A DNA stretch of 64,000 bases, from positions 1,568,001 to 1,632,000 of the forward strand of contig CAWIGG010000002.1 of the NCBI GenBank assembly GCA_963835575.1, written 5' to 3'. The stretch comes from an uncultured Spirochaetota bacterium (GTDB lineage Bacteria > Spirochaetota > Brevinematia > Brevinematales > JAOACQ01). The notes under the pieces are model-generated. The model saw nothing but the letters and a program-made list of their open reading frames with translations. It did no database searches and was not told the DNA's origin. Shown here one piece after another: positions 60,396 to 64,000 of this stretch (position 1 is the first letter of the stretch; each line of letters begins with the position of its first letter). A program made the position numbers and the translations under genes.

Positions 60396-60441
60396 ATAAA
60401 TAGCATATGCTAATTATAGTTAAAAATTTGGTTATTGTCAA
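60396..60441 (-). promoter_or_regulatory. consensus sigma70 promoter overlapped by a palindromic operator
   Basis: Minus strand TTGACA-N17-TATAAT, overlapping ATAATTAGCATATGCTATTTAT. Confidence 0.8.
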
Positions 60442-60825
60442 ATGCCAGAAATAAAATATTAAAGTAATTTTGATAAGGTTAGGAAAAATAATTAATGGCA
60501 GTTTTTGCCCGGCAAGGGACCCTGTCATCACCATTCCGTCCAACCGGTGCTGCGTTTAACTGTTGCGGTCATGCAAAGGTATGAACAGATTTACGCTGAG
60601 AGGAAAAGAAAAATGCAATATACAATGGGTGTTATATAATATAGTGCATAATATAAGTAAAATTCATGTATTAGGAGGATTATGATGCCGTAAAGCATCC
60701 GCAGCGGAATTGACGGCTGAATGAGGCTGATTCAATCAAAATTATGACGGTTTAACCGGAAATACTTCCCCGGTTGAACAACAGGGAAATCAGCATTTGA
60801 AAATGAATTTTTCTAAAAGCCCGTT

Positions 60826-62547
60826 GAGTCTGTCGAAAAAGTGATATTTAATGTAAATTATTATCGATATAGCTTAAAATAATGAATGAAATAAATCAAT
60901 AGCGGAAGGTTATATGGCAAGATACAAGACAGTTAATTATGAGCAGATGGAAATGATACCGCTCAATTTTTCAGATCAGCTGATCGAAGGAACATATGAA
61001 CACACACTCAATTTCCTAATCGAGGAAAAGGCTGACCTTTCCTGTTTTGATATAAATTATAAAAATGATAAAACAGGCTCGAAAGCGATTTCTCCGGCAA
61101 TTCTTCTGAAAATAATCCTTTTTGCCTATTCGAAAGGTATTACTACATCACGCAGGATTGAGGAAGCTTGCCGGGTGAATGTCATCTTCAAAGCCCTGTC
61201 CGGGAATACCGTTCCAGACCATTCCACTATAGCCGCTTTTGTTACCGGTATGAAAGACCGGATTAAAATAGTATTTCAGTTTGTGCTGATGGTCTGTTCT
61301 TCTGCGGGATTGATCGGCGGGGACATGTTCGCCGTTGACGGCTGTAAATTGCCTTCAAACGCTTCTAAAGAATGGAGCGGTACATTCAAAGACCTGAAAA
61401 AGAAACAGGAAAAGTTTGAAAAGCTGGCGGCATTTCTACTGGAAAAACACGCGCAAGCTGACTGCTCCGGCGAAAATGAAAAGTCTAAAGCGCTTCAAAA
61501 AAGATCGGAAAAAATACGGAAGAAAGCGGAGAAAATCGATGCCTTTCTCAAATCCCAGAATCCCAAATACGGCAAGCGGGGACGTGAAAACCAATCGAAT
61601 ATTACCGATAACGAAAGCGCGAAAATCAAGAGTTCCCACGGTGTGATACAAGGTTATAATGGACTTGCGGTAGTGGATTCAAAGCATCAGGTGATTACCG
61701 CGGCGGAAGCTTTTGGTTTAGGCCAGGAAGGGGAAGTATTGAAGCCGATGGTTGAAATAACGGAGGAAAATTTAAGCGTGATAAAAGGAGAAACAAATCC
61801 GCTGGAAGGAAAAACAATACTGGGGGACACGAATTATTTCAGCGAAGAAAATCTAAAATATCTGGCGGAAGAAAAGAAGATGGAAGCTGTGATACCGGAC
61901 AATCAATTTCGAGGGAGGGATGAACGGTTTACCGATCGGGGAAGGTTCAAGCCGAAACCGATGAAATACCGGGAACACGATTTTGAAAAAAATGAAGCTG
62001 ATAATACTTATATATGCCCGAATGGAAAAATATTAAGCTATAAGGGATACCAGAGGCAATTGAGTAATTTCGGCCATAAATATCAGGCCAGGCAGGCGGA
62101 TTGTTCAAAATGCGGGAAAAGGGGACAATGCTTAAAACATCCCGATAAGACAAGGCAAAGAACATTATATCTGGTGGACAAAAGAGGGGATAAAAACTAT
62201 TCAAAAGAAATGGTAAATAAAATTGATCTGCCGGAAATCAGGGATTTGTACAGCCGGAGGATGGGAATAATTGAGCCGGTATTCGGTAACATCCGTTCTT
62301 GTAAAGGTATGGACCGTTTTACGCTCAGGGGTAAGAGTAAGGTTAATATCCAGTGGCTTTTGTTCTGTATAGTGCATAATATTGGTAAAATCCAGATATT
62401 TGGTAAGATTTAAGGGGGTGTTCATAGCCATAATACCGGCTTGAAATTGGAAAAATGGAAAATCCGGATAGAGAAATGAAAAATGATACTCTATCCGGCT
62501 TTCAGAAGACAGTTTTTATTCTCGTTTTTGGCTTTTTCGACAGGGTC
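60826..62547 (+). mobile_element. IS1182-family insertion sequence
   Basis: TIRs GA(G/C)(T/C)CTGTCGAAAAAG; GTT flanks both ends. Confidence 0.85.
60914..62413 (+). CDS. IS1182-family transposase
   Basis: SRRIE, PDHSTIA, AVDGCK, QGYN, YICPNG, CSKC..RGQC and IEPVFG motifs. Confidence 0.92.
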   Translation: MARYKTVNYEQMEMIPLNFSDQLIEGTYEHTLNFLIEEKADLSCFDINYKNDKTGSKAISPAILLKIILFAYSKGITTSRRIEEACRVNVIFKALSGNTVPDHSTIAAFVTGMKDRIKIVFQFVLMVCSSAGLIGGDMFAVDGCKLPSNASKEWSGTFKDLKKKQEKFEKLAAFLLEKHAQADCSGENEKSKALQKRSEKIRKKAEKIDAFLKSQNPKYGKRGRENQSNITDNESAKIKSSHGVIQGYNGLAVVDSKHQVITAAEAFGLGQEGEVLKPMVEITEENLSVIKGETNPLEGKTILGDTNYFSEENLKYLAEEKKMEAVIPDNQFRGRDERFTDRGRFKPKPMKYREHDFEKNEADNTYICPNGKILSYKGYQRQLSNFGHKYQARQADCSKCGKRGQCLKHPDKTRQRTLYLVDKRGDKNYSKEMVNKIDLPEIRDLYSRRMGIIEPVFGNIRSCKGMDRFTLRGKSKVNIQWLLFCIVHNIGKIQIFGKI

Positions 62548-62576
62548 GTTGTGTGAAGTAACCGTTGCAAACGGTT

Positions 62577-63188
62577 TCATTTATTTGCTTGTAATATAAT
62601 TGTATTCTTTTCTATCATTATCTTAATTTCTTTGAAACTATGTTTAGATAATGCTTCTCTATATTCTTTATCATTTTTAAGTCTAACAAAATCCCACCAT
62701 TTTGTTCCTTTTTTTGGATATCCATTTACTATTAAAAATATCCCATTCAGTTTCAAAACTCGTTTAATTTCATTAATAGATTTATCAAAATCATTCCAAA
62801 AATTTATAGTATCAAAAGCAGTAATAATATCAAAAAAATCATTCTCATAAAGTAGTTTGCTTACATCTCCTTGGATAATATTAACATTACCATCACGAAT
62901 ACCTTTTTTATTAATTTTTTTTGACAGACTAACCATATCCATAGAATGATCAATTCCAAATATTTTTGCATTTTTTAATAAAGAAGAAAAGATGCTTATT
63001 GTTTTTCCTCCACCACATCCAACATCAAGTATTGATATCTGATTTTTTATGTCAATCTTATCAATAAGATGCTTTTTAATGATCTTTTTGTATTGATTGT
63101 TATGAATCAAGTTCATTATTATTCCAGCAAATCGTCCTTTAATTCCTATAGGCTTTGATCCAATTGTCTGCATTTCATTAGTACTCAT
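62577..63188 (-). CDS. class I SAM-dependent methyltransferase (AT-rich)
   Basis: ILDVGCGGG, GIDHS and RVLKLNG motifs; RBS AAGGAG. Confidence 0.88.
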   Translation of the reverse strand: MSTNEMQTIGSKPIGIKGRFAGIIMNLIHNNQYKKIIKKHLIDKIDIKNQISILDVGCGGGKTISIFSSLLKNAKIFGIDHSMDMVSLSKKINKKGIRDGNVNIIQGDVSKLLYENDFFDIITAFDTINFWNDFDKSINEIKRVLKLNGIFLIVNGYPKKGTKWWDFVRLKNDKEYREALSKHSFKEIKIMIEKNTIILQANK

Positions 63189-63298
63189 TATTTCTCCTTT
63201 GCAAAGTTATTTCGTACAAAAAGTGAGATTATTAAATATCCATCATAAAAATTATACTTCACTAACCCCCGCCTATGCAATATTTATAATAAATTTTG

Positions 63299-63725
63299 AA
63301 TCCTGCTAATCCCGTTAAATCCTGAGAATCCTGTTCTATTGGGGTCTAACAACCCGCTTTAATAAAACAAGAAAGAATTTCTAAATCATAATCCCTTGTC
63401 CGCCAGGCATAGCCACTCCTTAACCCCGGTTCCCCGCCAACCTTCTCCGCATCAGCCAGATATCGGGTGAAATCAAAAGGCGGCATAGTGTAAAACTAAA
63501 TCCTATAAATCCGCCCTCATCCGTGAAAATCAGTGTGCAGAATCGGATATTATCTAAAAGAGTTGTTTATAAAATCTTTTTTTATAGCTATAAAGAATTG
63601 AAGTGAAAGCGATCTCCGTGTTCTCTGTGAACTCCGTGGCCGACCCCCGAAACCCTTCCCGACTTCCCGACTTCCTGTTAATCTTTACCGTTTCCTATTC
63701 GCGTCCATTCGCGTGGCTTAGCGGA
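63299..63725 (-). repeat. right array of ordered repeat motifs (F'-A'), mirror image of 45271-47133
   Basis: Reverse complement gives CGCGAAT, CAGGAAG/CGGGAAG, CACRGAG, CGGAT, GGCTATGCC..GGACAA and GACCCCAAT-CAGGATT in the same order. Confidence 0.8.
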
Positions 63726-63730
63726 AGATT

Positions 63731-64000
63731 TCACCACTTCCTCTTGAACCTGAAATAACTGTTAATAACTCCCGCCGAGACCTGCTCGGGAAAGAGATCC
63801 AGGACTTCTATGCCCAGCTTTCTCAAACCGGCTATGGTCTTGTTTCTTCTCAGGATCATATCGGCGCCGGCCGCCTTTAAATAGATATCCTTGCTTCCGC
63901 TGATATTCTGGTCCGCGATCTCGAAAATAGTTTTGTCCCTTAACAGCACTAATAAAACCATGTGATTTTTTTTGATGATGGATAAATGTTTGTAATAAAT
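63731..64000 (-). CDS. C-terminal part of a probable DUF58-family protein (truncated by window end)
   Basis: ..KNHMVLLVLLRD..LRKLGIEVLD..VINSYFRFKRKW resembles DUF58 C-termini. Confidence 0.55.
   Translation of the reverse strand: MYYKHLSIIKKNHMVLLVLLRDKTIFEIADQNISGSKDIYLKAAGADMILRRNKTIAGLRKLGIEVLDLFPEQVSAGVINSYFRFKRKW

Overview
A 64 kb chromosomal window from a diderm bacterium, probably anaerobic. LptF/G, an Omp85-barrel protein, lipoproteins and 7TM-DISM chemoreceptors suggest a spirochaete-like organism, but that is inference only. Roughly 1-45 kb is mostly housekeeping and envelope genes (serA, eda, pfkA, lptFG, sppA, fabZ, fabD, ptsI, purU, pyrE, ugd, metK, a phosphohexomutase). It is interrupted by a membrane LuxR regulator with a GH8 glycoside hydrolase, an FGE lipoprotein plus Ntn-acylase pair, tandem MCPs with an identical 1.18 kb 3' half, a frameshifted aat and an IS1380. 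From 45.2 to 63.7 kb is an accessory block of almost entirely minus-strand metal/Fe-S/redox genes (Mrp, DUF134, NifX, CGGC, CDF, ferritin-like) with IS5, IS110 and IS1182 elements. Main observations: (1) the accessory block is bracketed by two mirror-image arrays of six different short motifs, five of them periodic repeats (A-B-C-D-E-F ... F'-E'-D'-C'-B'-A'); (2) a spermidine synthase is fused to two tandem AdoMetDC domains whose catalytic residues are split between them, as in the eukaryotic enzyme; (3) the IS110 leader has bridge-RNA architecture, with loop segments matching a Shine-Dalgarno-containing junction; (4) a 204 bp structured MITE family has IS5-like ends; (5) a REP-like motif occurs only inside other repeats; (6) a palindromic operator overlaps a perfect sigma70 promoter at the head of the DUF134-containing cluster. 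No rRNA, tRNA, CRISPR or reverse transcriptase was seen. All assignments come from reading the sequence by eye, with no database searches.
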